DNA of 64,000 nt from positions 110,253 to 174,252 of the forward strand of contig NW_021963017.1 in the NCBI RefSeq assembly GCF_901765095.1. The letters are read 5' to 3'. The notes under the pieces are model-generated. The model was not told the DNA's origin and did not search any database. It saw only the letters and a list, made by a program, of their open reading frames with translations. Shown piece after piece: positions 1 through 11,530 of this stretch. The number at the start of each line of letters is the position of its first letter. Within the stretch, counting starts at the first letter, position 1. Origin of the DNA: Microcaecilia unicolor (lineage: Eukaryota). A program made the translations under genes and the position numbers.

Positions 1-524
1 CACTCCTTCGGCATCATTCACAGCGGCTTGCACCACGCCGGTTCCTCTAGGGCAGGTCGCGATGAAGCGATCCAGCGTCTGGAGAGGCGTAGAGGTGAGG
101 AGCACCGACAGCGTATTCCTCACCACACCTTTTCTCTTAGTGTGAGGCATTAGGTTTCTCTCCGATTTGTAATTTCAAGGAAAGAGAACAACATCCAGCA
201 GCACCAGAGCGTTCAGCCTCGAGTGTGAGTCACCATCTTGGACACGCCCCCCTTGATGCTGCCTTTAACTCCTAACCCTCTAGGGTGGCATTTTCTGAAA
301 TACTACCCGTTCCACACGCAGGGCCCAAGAGGCAGGCAGTGCTCCAGAGTCTCAATGCGTGGATGAGACGATGGTGCAGGGAGGAGGGTTCTAGATTTGT
401 TAGGAGCTGGGCAACATTCTGGGGAAGGGGGAGCCTATTCCGAAACGATGGGCTCCATCTTAACCAGGGTGGGACCAGGCTGCTGGCGTCAGCATTCAAA
501 AAAAAAAAAAAAAAAAAAAAAAAA
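1..524 (+). mobile_element. Frameshifted 3' part of a LINE ORF1 carrying an SGNH / PAF-acetylhydrolase-like esterase domain (...WATFWGRGSLFRNDGLHLNQGGTRLLASAF). Followed by an A34 homopolymer (481-524).
   Basis: The DGLHL..GG..LA block is typical of the esterase ORF1 of CR1/L2-clade LINEs. An in-frame poly-Lys follows. Confidence 0.5.
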
Positions 525-539
525 GAGAGCAGCTTTTAA

Positions 540-3500
540 ACTAGATATGGGAGAAAGGCCGACAGTCACAAAACAGCGCATGGTTCGGGATAAGGTATCT
601 TGCAAGGATACCTCACAAACAAGGAAGGTAGGATTTCTGGATACTGAGGTTGCACAGAAGATGGGAAATCAATAGTGTCAAGCACTAAGCATCATGCAAA
701 TAGGAACAACAAACATACTCTGAAATGTCTATATGCAAATGCTAGGAGTCTAAGAAATAAGATGGGAGAGTTGGAATATATTGCACTTAATGAAAAATTG
801 GATATAATAGGCATTACTGAGACCTGGTGGAAGGAGGATAACCAGTGGGACACTGTCATACCGGGGTACAAAGTATATCGTAGTGATAGGGTGGACCGCG
901 ACTGGTGGAGGGGTAGCATTGTATATTAACGAGAGCCTTGACTCAGATAGATTACAAATTCAGCAGGACACAAATCACACCTTTGAAACACTGTGGGTTG
1001 AAATTCCATGTAGAAAAGGGAAAAGGACAGTGATAGGAATGTACTACCATCCGCCTCGCCAGGATGAGCAGGAGGATGCAGAAATGACACAAGGAATCAG
1101 AAACACAAACAAAATGGGAAATGCGATAATAATGGGTGACTTCAATTACCCAAATATAGACTGGGCAAATGTGACATCGGGACACGCTACAGAGGTACAA
1201 TTCCTTGATGAAATCAAGGATAGCTTTATGGAGCAGCTGCTGCAGGAGCCGACGAGAGACGGAAAAATTCTAGACTTGGTCCTTAGTGGAGCGCATGATC
1301 TGGGGAACGTTATGGTACTGGGGCCACTTGATAACAGTGATCATAATATGATCAGTTTTGATATCAACCTTGAAGTAACTATACATAGGAAGTCAAATAC
1401 GTTAGCGTTTAGCTTTAAAAAAGGAGACCATGATAAAATTAGAAGAACGGTTAAGAAAAAACTTAGAGGGGCAACTGAGAGGATAAAAACTGTACAACAG
1501 GCATGGATGCTATTCAAAAATACCTTCCTGGAGGCCCAGGCCAAACATATTCCGCGAATTAGAAAAGAAAGATGGAAGTCCAAAAGACAGCCGGCGTGGT
1601 TAAAAAGTGAGGTGAAGGAAGCTAATAGGGCTAAAAGAAACGTCTTCAGAAAATGGAAGAAGGAACCATCTGAAAATAACAAGAAGCAGCATAAGGAGTG
1701 TCAAAGCAAATGCAAGGGGCAGATAAAGAAGGCCAAGAGGGATTACGAAAAAAAGATAGCAGTAGAGGCAAAAAAAAAAAAAATAGTAAAAAAAATTTTT
1801 CGTATATTAAAAGCAGGAAGCCTGCAAAAGAATCGGTTGGGCCGCTGGATGATCGAGGGGTAAAAGGGGAGATCAAGGAAGACAAAGACGTAGCGGAGAA
1901 ATTAAATGAATTCTTTGCTTCGGTCTTCACCAAGGAAGATTTGGGTGGGATACCGGTGTCGGAAATGGTATTTCAAGCGGACGAATCGGAGAAACTTACT
2001 GAATTCATGGTAAACCTGGAGGGCGTAATGGGGCAGTTTGGCAAACTGAAGAGTAGCAAATCACCTGGACCGGATGGTATTCATCCTAGAGTACTGATAG
2101 AACTGAAAAATGAACCTGCGGAGCTACTGTTAGCGATATGCAATTTATCCTTAAAATCGAGCATGGTACCGGAAGATTGGAGGGTGGCCAATGTAACGCC
2201 AATTTTTAAAAAAGGTTCCAGGGGAGATCCGGGAAATTATAGACCGGTGAGTCTGATGTCGGTGCCGGGGAAAATGGTAGAGGCTATTATTAAAAACAAA
2301 ATTACAGAGCACTTCCGAGGACATGGATAACTGAGACCAAGTCAGCACGGCTTTAGTGTGAGGAAATCTTGCCTGACCAATTTACTTCAATTCTTTGAAG
2401 GAGTAAACAAACATGTGGACAAAGGGGAGCCAGTTGATATTGTGTATCTGGATTTTCAAAAGGCGTTTGACAAGGTGCCTCATGAAAGGCTACAGAGGAA
2501 ATTGGAGGTTCATGGGATAGGAGGTAATTTCCTATTGTGGATTAAAAACTAGTTGAAGGATAGGAAACAGAGAGTGGGGTTAAATGGGCAGTATTCACAA
2601 TGGAGAAGGGTAGTTAGTGGGGTTCCTCAGGGGTCATTGCTAGGACCGCTGCTCTTTAATATATTTATAAATGATTTAGAGATGGGAGTAACTAGCGAGG
2701 TAATTAAATTTGCTGATGACACAAAGTTATTCAAAGTCGTTAATTCGCGAGAGGATTGTGAAAAATTACAGAAGGACCTTACGAGACTGGGAGGCTAAAT
2801 TGCAGATGATGTTTAATGTGAGCAAGTGTAAGGTGATGCATGTGGGAAAAAAGAACCCGAATTATAGCTACGTCATGCAAGGTTCCACGTTAGGAGTTAC
2901 AGACCAAGAAAGGGATCTGGGTGTCGTCGTCGATAATACACTGAAACCTTCTGCTCAGTGTGCTGCTGCGTATAGAAAAGCGAATAGAATGTTGGGTATT
3001 ATTAGGACAGGTATAGAAAACAGGTGTGAGGATGTTATAATGTCGTTGTATCGTTTCATGATGCGACCGCACCTTGAGTATTGTGTCCAATTCTGGTAGC
3101 CGCATCTCAAGAAAGATATAGTGGAATTGGAAAAGGTGCAGCAAAGGGCGACGAAAATGATAGCGGGGATGGGACGACTTCCCTATGAAGAAAGACTAAG
3201 GAGGTTAGGGCTTTTCAGCTTGGAGAAGAGACAGCTGAGGGGAGACATGATAGAAGTACATAAAATAATGAGTGGAGTGGAACAGGTGGATGTGAAGCGT
3301 CTGTTCACGCTTTCCAAAAATACTAGGACTAGGGGGCATGTGATGAAACTACAGTGTAGTACATTTAAAACAAATAGGAGAAAAAGTTTCTTCACCCAAC
3401 GCGTAATTAAACTCTGGAATTTGTTGCCAGAGAATGTGGTGAAGGCGGTTAGCTTGGCAGAGTTTAAAAAGGGTTTGGACGGTTTCCTAAAGGACAAGTC

Positions 3501-3835
3501 CATAGACTGCTACTAAATGGACTTGGAAAAATCCACAATTTCGGGAATAACATGTATAGAATGTTTGTACGTTTGGGAAGCTGCCAGGTGCCCTTGACCT
3601 GGATTGGCCGCTGTCGGGGACAGGATGCTGGGCTTGATGGGCCTTTGGTCTTTTCCCAGTGTGGCATTACTTATGTACTTATTCACTTGTTCAGAACCCT
3701 TATTTTATCATCCTCACTTTAATATTACCTTATCTCTTGTCTGTCCTAATTAGATTTTAAGCTCTGTCGAGCTTCATGTTCAAGTGTACAGCGCTGCGTA
3801 CGTCTAGTAGCGCTTTAGAAATGATAAGTAGTAGA
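540..3835 (+). mobile_element. CR1/L2-clade LINE ORF2 + 3'UTR, degraded. APE endonuclease ~675-1500 (YANARSLRNK..ITETW), RT ~1700-3100 (FADD box at ~2715), CR1-type C-terminus 3121-3516 (KLWNLLPENVVKAVSLAEFKKGLDGFLKD), and a 3'UTR ending in a GTAGTAGAAG-like tail.
   Basis: A series of collinear ORFs (883-1863, 1698-2330, 2358-2552, 2553-2798, 2710-3099, 3121-3516) is separated only by stops or frameshifts. The 3'UTR block recurs at 43380-43560 and the tail motif at 13760-13810. Confidence 0.8.
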
Positions 3836-5450
3836 AGTAATAGTCTTCTTTCCAGCGGAGGAGAAGGGTCAGAGGGAATCCCAAAGGACTCATCGGAAGA
3901 GAAGTACCTGGGATCTACCTCTGATTCCCATGAGCGCTCCTGCTCAGTGTCAGACACAACCTGTGTCAAGGTACTCTGACACTGGACCTGCCTCAATGCC
4001 GAGGAACGATGTCCTCTATGGCGAAGTAGAGAAGTCTATGCCCAATCTGACTGCAGCGAAGCTCCCTCCACCGACGTTGAAAGGGAGTCGACCTGGGTGG
4101 CAGGCGGCACCAGAGTCGGAGACCTCACCACAGGAGCTGGGCCAGATACCACTACAGCAGATGGCACCAGAGGCACAAGCACCCCCAATACCGAAGCTGA
4201 TTGTCGCAGTAAGCCTTCCAAAAGTTCTGGAAACAAGGCCCAGATACGACTGTCAAGAGCCGCCATCGGAGAATGCTGCGGAGCCGGTGGAACAGGCGGT
4301 GTCAGAATCTGTGGGGGCTCAGGAGTAGGTACCGGGCTGCCAAGAGACCGACTCACTGGCACCTCCTGTACCGAGAGGGAGCGGTCCTCTTGGCACCGAC
4401 GCTTCTCGGGTGCCGACTCAACGCCCCACAGCTCCCGGTACTGTAAGTCGAAGAAGAATGATGACGATGCTTCTTAGCCTTCGCTCGACAACCATCATCA
4501 AGACTCCTCAATACTGAAGAGGAGGATGTGGAATCCTCATGTCTCCTCGGGGCCGGGGGGCCTGCATAACAGGAGGCCTTCGAGACAGGTGGAGGCCTCG
4601 AGACAGGTGGAGACCCACTCAACGCCTCACTACTCCCAGCGCGAGTGGGTCTCCCAGCAGCCATCACCTCTCTCCTTGACGTCGATGCTCCTATCAATGC
4701 CGACGCTGCCGACCTCGGTACCAATGTCGATGTGGAAGGACCGGACTGAGCCCCAAAAGGTTTTTCTCGTTGGGCTTCTCGAGACACTTGGGTCCGTTTC
4801 TTCATACGAAGACACAGACTACAAGCAGCTGGGCTATGGTCCAGCCCAAGGCACTGGATACACCAGGCATGGGTATCTGTACCTGAGATGGTCTGGTTGA
4901 ACAGAGTACAACGTTTGAAGCCGCTGGGTGTCTTCGATGACATGGAAGAAAAAACGGCTTCGACGAAATCAAACAACGCGATTGTGCCAAAAAGAAAAAG
5001 CACAAAAAAAGGAGAAAAACCCAACTGCGCGGCTCAAAGGCCGGCCACATCGAAAAAGAAAGGAAACTTTAACAGGGAAAAAAAAAGTAAAAGAAGTACG
5101 GGAAAACTACCAGAAACTAGATTTTTTTTACATATATATTTAAAAGAAAAGAAAAAGACAAAAGAAATAAAGAATTAAAGAGGTGAGAATCTCACAGTAG
5201 TAGTTCTTCCTGGGCCTGAGAGAGGAGCGTCATGAAAACGAAATGCAGCTCACTGTGGATAGTAAAGAACGGAAGAGGCACACTCGTGTGGTGGGTGGAA
5301 AGTTGTTCGCGCATGTGTGGTTCGCGTTGCTCACGTGACAGAACTCTCTGGAAAGACTATTATTTTGCTTGCAAAATTTTTTCCCCGATTCTTGGGCCGC
5401 CGCTGACGTCGACCCACTTGTGAGAACAAGCAGCCTGCTTGTCCTCTGAG
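3757..5450 (-). mobile_element. DIRS-like family A 5' fragment: terminal motif ccacTTGTGAGAACAAGCAGCCTGCTTGTCCTC at 5415-5450 and a gag-like ORF (4353-5024, C-X2-C...H...C-X2-C-like motif). Segment 3900-4350 is an inverted duplicate of the same gag region.
   Basis: 4450-5450 is collinear with 47100-47790. 3900-3995 equals the reverse complement of 47000-47095. The shared peptide AQCQTQPVSRYSDTGPAS is on + here and on - in the other copy. Confidence 0.55.
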
Positions 5451-5934
5451 AAAAAGGTTTTATATACAGAAAATCTTTTGTAAAATATCCCCCCTCCCAT
5501 ATGCAATAAAACTGATTTCCTCATTAGATCAGTGATGTACAGCTTTAGTAGCTATATTAGTCCAGGAGAAAATGAAATTTTTCTGGGCTGAGATACATTA
5601 TTTTTAGGGTCTTTTAAAAAGTTCTTAAAATCTATAAAACATTCCATGAAAAGAATGGGGTAAGTTTAATATCTAACAACTTTTAAGAAAATTGATTTTA
5701 TGATTTCAAGAAATTGCACAAATTTGAGGTGTACTTGAAGGTTTGGGTTAGTATACCGCACCATAAATGCTCACATAAAAGTCCTGTATAAGAATATTTG
5801 TGTAAAGATGCTTGTCAATTGTTTTTACTGCAATTAAACAAGGAAAAGAAAAATGGGGATGAGGATCTTGTTGCAGCTGCTGAACCCCCATTATGATTGG
5901 GGGTGGGGGAGATGTATTACATCAAAGCCAAATT

Positions 5935-6135
5935 ATTTAAACCAGTAGTTCCCAAAACTGGGCCTGGAGGCACCCCAGTCAGGTTATCAGGATATCCACA
6001 ATGAATATTCATGAAAGAGATTTGATGCAGTTGCATGCACTGCCTCCACTGCTTGCAAATCTTCTCATGAATGTTCATTGTGGATATCCTGAAAGCCTGA
6101 CTGGCTGGGGTGCCTTTAGGAACAGGTTTTGGAAC
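5935..6135. repeat. Palindromic ~200-bp MITE (termini CAGTGTTTCCCAAGTCCAG...; core GGATATCCACAATGAATATTCATGA).
   Basis: Internally self-complementary. Related copies at 8500-8645, 8820-9010, 10715-10915 and 11195-11350. Confidence 0.6.
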
Positions 6136-6949
6136 CACTGATCTAAACAAAAAAAAAGGTAGAAAATAATGTTTTTGCACACGATTTTAATATATGAATG
6201 TGCAGCACATCTGATGTCTTCGTATTTTGCACTGTATAGGACGACATGCAATTATGCTTCTATTTCTACAGTGTGGCACTGTATGCAGAGCTTGGCTTCT
6301 TGAGGTTCCCAGCTCAGTTTTTGTTTGCACGTTTCTATTTCTAATTAAGGTCCTTTACTTTGTATTTGGCAAGCATCTGTCTGAGGTTATATGCAACTGA
6401 GGTAAAGAATTCTGCTACCACTGTTTGTTTTGTGTAAGGAGTTATAGCAGTTTAGTTTGCCCTGTTTTCTTAAGAAGCGCTTTGGTGTTCTAGGGACCAG
6501 TGTAATATGCGCTATGCTGCCTTTTCATGGGCTCTCTAATCTACTGCAGGGGTGGAGCAAATGTGTGGGTGGGTGGGTGGTGGGTGAGGGGAAGTCCTTG
6601 CGGATCATTCTTCCCTCAAAGGCAGTCCTACACTTTGCATATGAATACTGGCATTTTTTTTGTTCTTTACAACTCAAGTTGGAAAAAATTATGAAAATGG
6701 GGTTCAAGAATATTCATTCTTCTGTGGGCAATATAAATCTCAGAAAATGGAATGGGACGAAACACCGCAATGGGAAAAAGAATAAAAGACATATCAATTT
6801 GAAAAATGGGCCAGATCAGACCAGGGGTTCAAGGGAAAGAAACCCCTCAGAAACTGGCCCAATGCATTTCTATGGGAGAAGCAGTTCCATTTTCTGCCGT
6901 TAGAAACTTACATACAGTGAATCATAGAAGTTAGGGAATTCCTCCTTTT

Positions 6950-7260
6950 AAACTGCCTCCACCTCCTCCCCCCCCCCCCCCAACAAAAGAAAACAAAACC
7001 CAAACTACCCCTTCCCACACTTGTCCCACCACTCAAGCTGGTCTCACCCCCAAAAAATTACCCTACCACTTAGAGAACCAACACACATATAAATACACAT
7101 ACACACAAACAATCATGCAAGCACAGACACACCACATACAACCATTAATTCGCACATACACAAACACGTCCATATACACACAGAACATGTACAGACATAC
7201 CAGCCCACACAGAAAGCAGAAAATCATACAAAAGCAAAGATTACATGCACATACACAAAT
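6950..7260. repeat. Low-complexity tract: C21 homopolymer, then a CA/ACACA-rich imperfect microsatellite.
   Basis: ccccccccccccccaacaaaag... followed by acacatataaatacacatacacacaaacaatc... Confidence 0.7.
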
Positions 7261-7289
7261 ACAAAGACTTCAGGAATAATTCCATGAGG

Positions 7290-7850
7290 TATGCTCGGCA
7301 TGCTTTTCCCTGCTCAAGCCATTGGTGAGGCACAACTTGGGAGTACTTTGTGTTCAATTTTGGAAGCTGTAGCTTGCTAAGGATATGAAAATATTTGAAA
7401 CGGTTCAGAGGAAAGTGACAAAATATGGGGTTTGCATCAAAGAGGTATGAGAAGGCATTTGAAAACCTGAGTATATATCCACTAGAAAAAAAATAGTAGG
7501 GACAGGAAAGACATGCATTAATTTAAAACATGATACAGATATTTAACTACTTGAAAGATATTAATATACAAACAAATCTTTTCCAGAGACAGGGAAGCAG
7601 AAAAACTAAAGGATATGAATTGAGGTTGCAGGGTGATACACTTTAGACTAAAATCAAGAAATACTTTTTCCTCAGAGGGTGGTGGACACCTGAAATATCC
7701 TCCCAGTGGAGGTAGTGGAGACAAAAAAAAAAGGGACAGAATTCAAAATGTGTGGGATGAACACAGAGTATCCCTAAATAGAAGGGGGAAGGTATCAAAA
7801 CAAAACTTAAATGACCTCATGGCTGTTAATGTATTATGATGGGCAGGACT
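7290..7850 (+). mobile_element. CR1-clade LINE 3' fragment (degenerate ORF2 C-terminus; the FSSEGGGHLKYPPSGGSGDK segment corresponds to KLWN.LP..VV.A.S...FKKGLD).
   Basis: Collinear with the 3' end of the element at 3060-3520 (LEYCVQFW-like, YEERL..L..LE.R). Confidence 0.55.
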
Positions 7851-7889
7851 GGTGCTTTAACAGCAACTCCAGCACTGCAGAAAAAAGGC

Positions 7890-8050
7890 CAGTGCCAGGC
7901 AGACTTCTACGGTCTGCGTCCCACTTCAGGCACAGGCAGCTCCTTGTGACTCTGGGCAAGTCACTTAACCCTCCATTGCCCCATGTAAGCCGCATTGAGT
8001 CTGCCATGAGTGGGAAAGTGCGGGGTACAAATATTAAAAAAAAAAAAAAG
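7890..8050 (+). mobile_element. tRNA-derived MIR/CORE-type SINE with an A-rich tail (8033-8049).
   Basis: Core ctctgggcaagtcacttaaccctc. A related copy at 51425-51570 has a tRNA-like head (gggagtggagtagttgtttaatggttagagc...ttcaaatc). Confidence 0.5.
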
Positions 8051-8311
8051 ACAGATCAAAATCAAGTATATGTATTTTACACCACATTCATAATTGTTGG
8101 GAGTGCAGGTGCTATGTGACTCAATAGGAGAGAGGAAGACATCTTAAAGCTGAACTTAGCAAGTAATATGGTTAGTTAAACCATGAATTGATAATGAATG
8201 TGACTGTTGGGCAGACTAGATAAAACCTGCAGGTCTTTACCTGCCATCATCTACTATGTTACTTGTGTTCCATTAAAAGGCACTGTGTACACATATGCTA
8301 ACATCAGTTAC

Positions 8312-8444
8312 CTGAGAGTTTCCAATGCTTGCTCTCTCTCTTCACGAAGTTTTGCCAATGAGGCATTTTCTATCTTAAATCTTTCAATTTCCGTTTCTAA
8401 CTCAACCAACTTCTTCTTCAAAAGCTGGGACCGAAAAGTGTCTC
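8312..8444 (-). CDS. CENPJ: CENPJ coiled-coil exon (phase 1 in, phase 2 out): (G)[43 protein letters not shown](R).
   Basis: Acceptor gtgtgtttacag|GAGACAC and donor CTCTCAG|gtaactgatg. Phase fits the 1600-nt exon. Matches human [42 protein letters not shown]. Confidence 0.75.
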
Positions 8445-8499
8445 CTGTAAACACACCATAAAACTTTTAGTTATTCAACGTTCTGAAGAAAAGTATGAT

Positions 8500-8645
8500 C
8501 CACAATCCAGGAGAGTGTTTCCCAAGTCCAGGCCTGCCTCTATCATATCCAAATCTCTTTCATGAATATTCATTGTGGATATCCTGAAAACCTGACTGGC
8601 AAGCAGTACTCCAGGACCGGACTTGGGAAACGCTGATCTAGGAAA
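8500..8645. repeat. MITE copy (partial), same family as 5935-6135.
   Basis: Shares ...catgaatattcattgtggatatcctgaaaacctgactggcaag...gacttgggaaac. Confidence 0.55.
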
Positions 8646-8819
8646 AAAATACTCCAAAAAACAATGTATTTCTCTTTCAGCAATTAAAATAATCAAAACT
8701 AAAAATGCTAAAGCTTACACAGAAACAGAGAAGACAGCAGATAAAAGATTTCATGACCTATCCAGTCTGCCCATCCATACTATTTGCTATCCCTTCCTCT
8801 CCCTTAGAGATCCTATATC

Positions 8820-9010
8820 ATTGATTCCCAAACCAGTCCTAGGAGAACCCCAGCCAGTCAGGTTTTCTGGACAGCCACAATGAATATACATAAGAGAAAC
8901 CTGTATGCAGTGGAAGCACTGCATGCAAATTTCGCTCATGAATATTCATTGCAAATATCTTGAGAACCTGACTGGCTAGGATTCCATCAGGGCATGTTTG
9001 GGAGCCACTA
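8820..9010. repeat. MITE copy, same family.
   Basis: cagccagtcaggttttctggacagccacaatgaatatacat...catgaatattcattgcaaatatcttgagaacctgactggc. Confidence 0.55.
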
Positions 9011-9394
9011 TCCTACGTACTTGCCCCAAGCTTGCTTGAATTCAGATACAGTCTGTCTCCACCACCTCCACTGAGAAACTGTTCCACAAATTCACTACCC
9101 TTTCCATAAAGAAGTATTTCCTCAGGTTACTCCCTATTCCCTTTCACCTTCATCCTATGCCTTCTCATTCCAGAACTTCTTTTCCTCCTGTGCATTTATG
9201 CCATGGGGGCATTTAAATAGCTCTATCATAACTAAAAACTAACCTGTTTAAAAAGGCATATCCCACAGATCCAACTTAAATGCCTAATCTCTGCAACACA
9301 ACCAAACTACGGCACATAATGGACATAACACAACTCTTCTGTTCTCCGATTCCCTAATGTGGCTGTGCCACATGAACTTGATCTTACCACAACA

Positions 9395-9540
9395 TCACCC
9401 TGTATTTGTTAACACCGGAGCCTGCAAAGGCCTCTCCGGTATTATGTAAGCCACATTGAGCCTACAAATAGGTGGGGAAATGTGGGATACAAATGTAACA
9501 AATGTAACAAACAAATAAATAAATAAAATAAATAACTCCC
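9395..9540 (+). repeat. SINE 3' tail fragment (gtaagccacattgagcctac...gggaaatgtgggatacaaat) followed by an (AAAT)n microsatellite.
   Basis: Same tail as 7985-8030. The reverse complement is present at 34085-34150. Confidence 0.4.
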
Positions 9541-10199
9541 CTCTCCCGCCTTTCTTCCAGAGTATACATATTGAGATCTTGAAGTTCGTCTCCTTACGCT
9601 TTATGACAAAGACCATTGACTATCTTAGCAGCCCTCTCTACAGACTCTATCCTATGTGTATCTTTTTGAAGGTGCAGTCTCCAGAACTTTACACAGTAGT
9701 TATAGTTAATTAAAATTTGCTATACCACCTCCACTAACTAGTAGATGAAGGCAGTTTACAATCTATAAACAAAAATCATGGAAAAAAAAAAACTAAAGAC
9801 TTATACAGGAGAAATATCCCCGTTTCCCTGCTGGACATTCCTCTCCCTATCCATCCAAACATCTTTCTGGCTTCTGCCATCACCTTTCCCTTCAAACTTC
9901 TACATGCCTTGGCACCAGATTATCTACATCCACACTTTATATTCAGCTATGCTTTGAGAACAAGATGTACTAGTACTGTTACTCTTTTCCATCATAAAAA
10001 GGTAAAAAGAGATTACATCTCTTTGAATTAGGGTTGGCATTTCAAGCAGCAAGATTATGGACTGTGATTTCACCTATATTTAAATCTTCTCAGTCCTATA
10101 TTCTTTTTAGGAAAAATTTGAAAACCCTCTTGTTTCAGAAATATGTATCTCATGCTAATTGCTGATCTTATTTCTTTTTTCTTAATAATTGAAATTATT

Positions 10200-10700
10200 A
10201 TTATGCCCCTTCTTCCCAGTTAAATGAAACTGGCTTCTTAAAAAATTGTAACCCGCTTAGAACTGCAAGGTAATAACGGGATAGAAAACCGATTTACCAT
10301 TACCATCATCAGACAGGATCACCCCTAAGTCCTGCTCTTCTTCCATGCAAAAAAGTACTTTACCTCCTAAACTGTACCACTCCTTCAGGTTTTTGTAGCC
10401 TAAATACATGACTCTGCATTTTGTATCAAAATATCTTAGTTGCCAAATTCTAGACCAACCTACAAGCTTTGCTAGATCTCTTCTCTTGTTATCTACATCA
10501 TCAGGTCTGTTTACACTGTGCCAAATTTTGGTTATCATCCACAAACAGGTAAACCTTGCCAGACAGCCCTTTCACAATATTGGACCAAGAACGAAAAGGA
10601 ACATTATCAGTGTACTCCATTTAGCACTACCCTTCGCCACCATCCACTCACCAGTTTCTAACCCAGCCATTCACTTTAAGGCCCAAATCAAGGGAACTTA
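10200..10700 (-). mobile_element. CR1-clade RT fragment (LAKLVGWSRIWQLRYFDTKCRVMYLGYKN...DLGVILSDD).
   Basis: Track ORF 10257-10544(-) matches the CR1 RT C-terminal region (W.M.FN..KCKV.H.G..N..Y...G..L...E.E.DLGV). Confidence 0.6.
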
Positions 10701-10714
10701 ATTTACAGACATCG

Positions 10715-10915
10715 CCTATACCAGTGTTTCCCAAGTCCAGTTCTGGAGTACCCCTTGCCAATCAGGTTTTCAGGATATCCACAATAAATATGCATGAAAG
10801 ATTTGTATATAATGGAGGCCGTGTATGCAAATCAAGTTCATGCATATTCATTGTGGATATCCTGAAAACCTGACTGGCAAGGGGTACTCTAGGACTGGAC
10901 TTGGGAAAACACTGG
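10715..10915. repeat. MITE copy, the most intact, with both terminal inverted repeats (CAGTGTTTCCCAAGTCCAG / CTGGACTTGGGAAAACACTG).
   Basis: Perfect-looking palindrome around the cattgtggatatcctgaaaacctgactggcaagggg core. Confidence 0.65.
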
Positions 10916-11194
10916 CCTATACAGAACTGTGTCAAAGGCTTTGATATAATCTAAGTACACCACGTCAAGCATACTCTCTCTGATTAAAATCATAACTTAC
11001 TGCACAAAAGGATTTTAAAATGACAAAACAAAATGAGATTTTAGAAACAGACATCCTAGCAAAATAAGAATTCTTTTCATGGTCTACTAAATGAAGATCA
11101 CTAAGCTAAAAACCACATTCTGTCTCAGCCATGTGGCAGATAACCAAGTGTAAGTTTAGAAGAAATGAGTGTTTCAATCAACTAGTACCTAGGT

Positions 11195-11350
11195 CTTCAC
11201 TCCTAGTCCTTGAGGGCTGCTGAGTTAGGTTTTCAGGATAACCCTGAGGAATATGAATGAGACAAACTCCCTCTTCTGTATACAAATTGCTATTGCATAT
11301 TAATTAGGGATATCCTGAAAACCTGACCTCTTGGCAGTCCTTGAGGAATG
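11195..11350. repeat. MITE copy (diverged), same family.
   Basis: gttttcaggataaccctgaggaatatgaatga ... ggatatcctgaaaacctgac. Confidence 0.45.
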
Positions 11351-11530
11351 GGAGCAAAGATCAAGTATCTAGTATTTCACTTATAAGATACTGTGGGTAG
11401 ATAAAATGTGATAAAAATCCAGTCTACAATACCTTGCTGTTTACAGAAGCTATTCTGCATTTAAGGTGAATCACAATCATGACAACAAATATCACAAAAT
11501 AAAACTATTTATATGATATTTATGTTTTAC

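Noticed and set aside
4353-5024. The Cys/His-rich ORF (C-x2-C...H...C-x2-C) as a host zinc-finger gene.
   Set aside because: It is duplicated at 46919-47419 inside a DIRS-like element, directly upstream of RT. It is better explained as retroelement gag.
5450-8311. Further CENPJ coding exons downstream of 8312.
   Set aside because: I scanned the minus strand for the expected [22 protein letters not shown]-like coiled-coil exon and found no open frame with suitable splice sites. It probably lies outside the window, though a short exon could have been missed.
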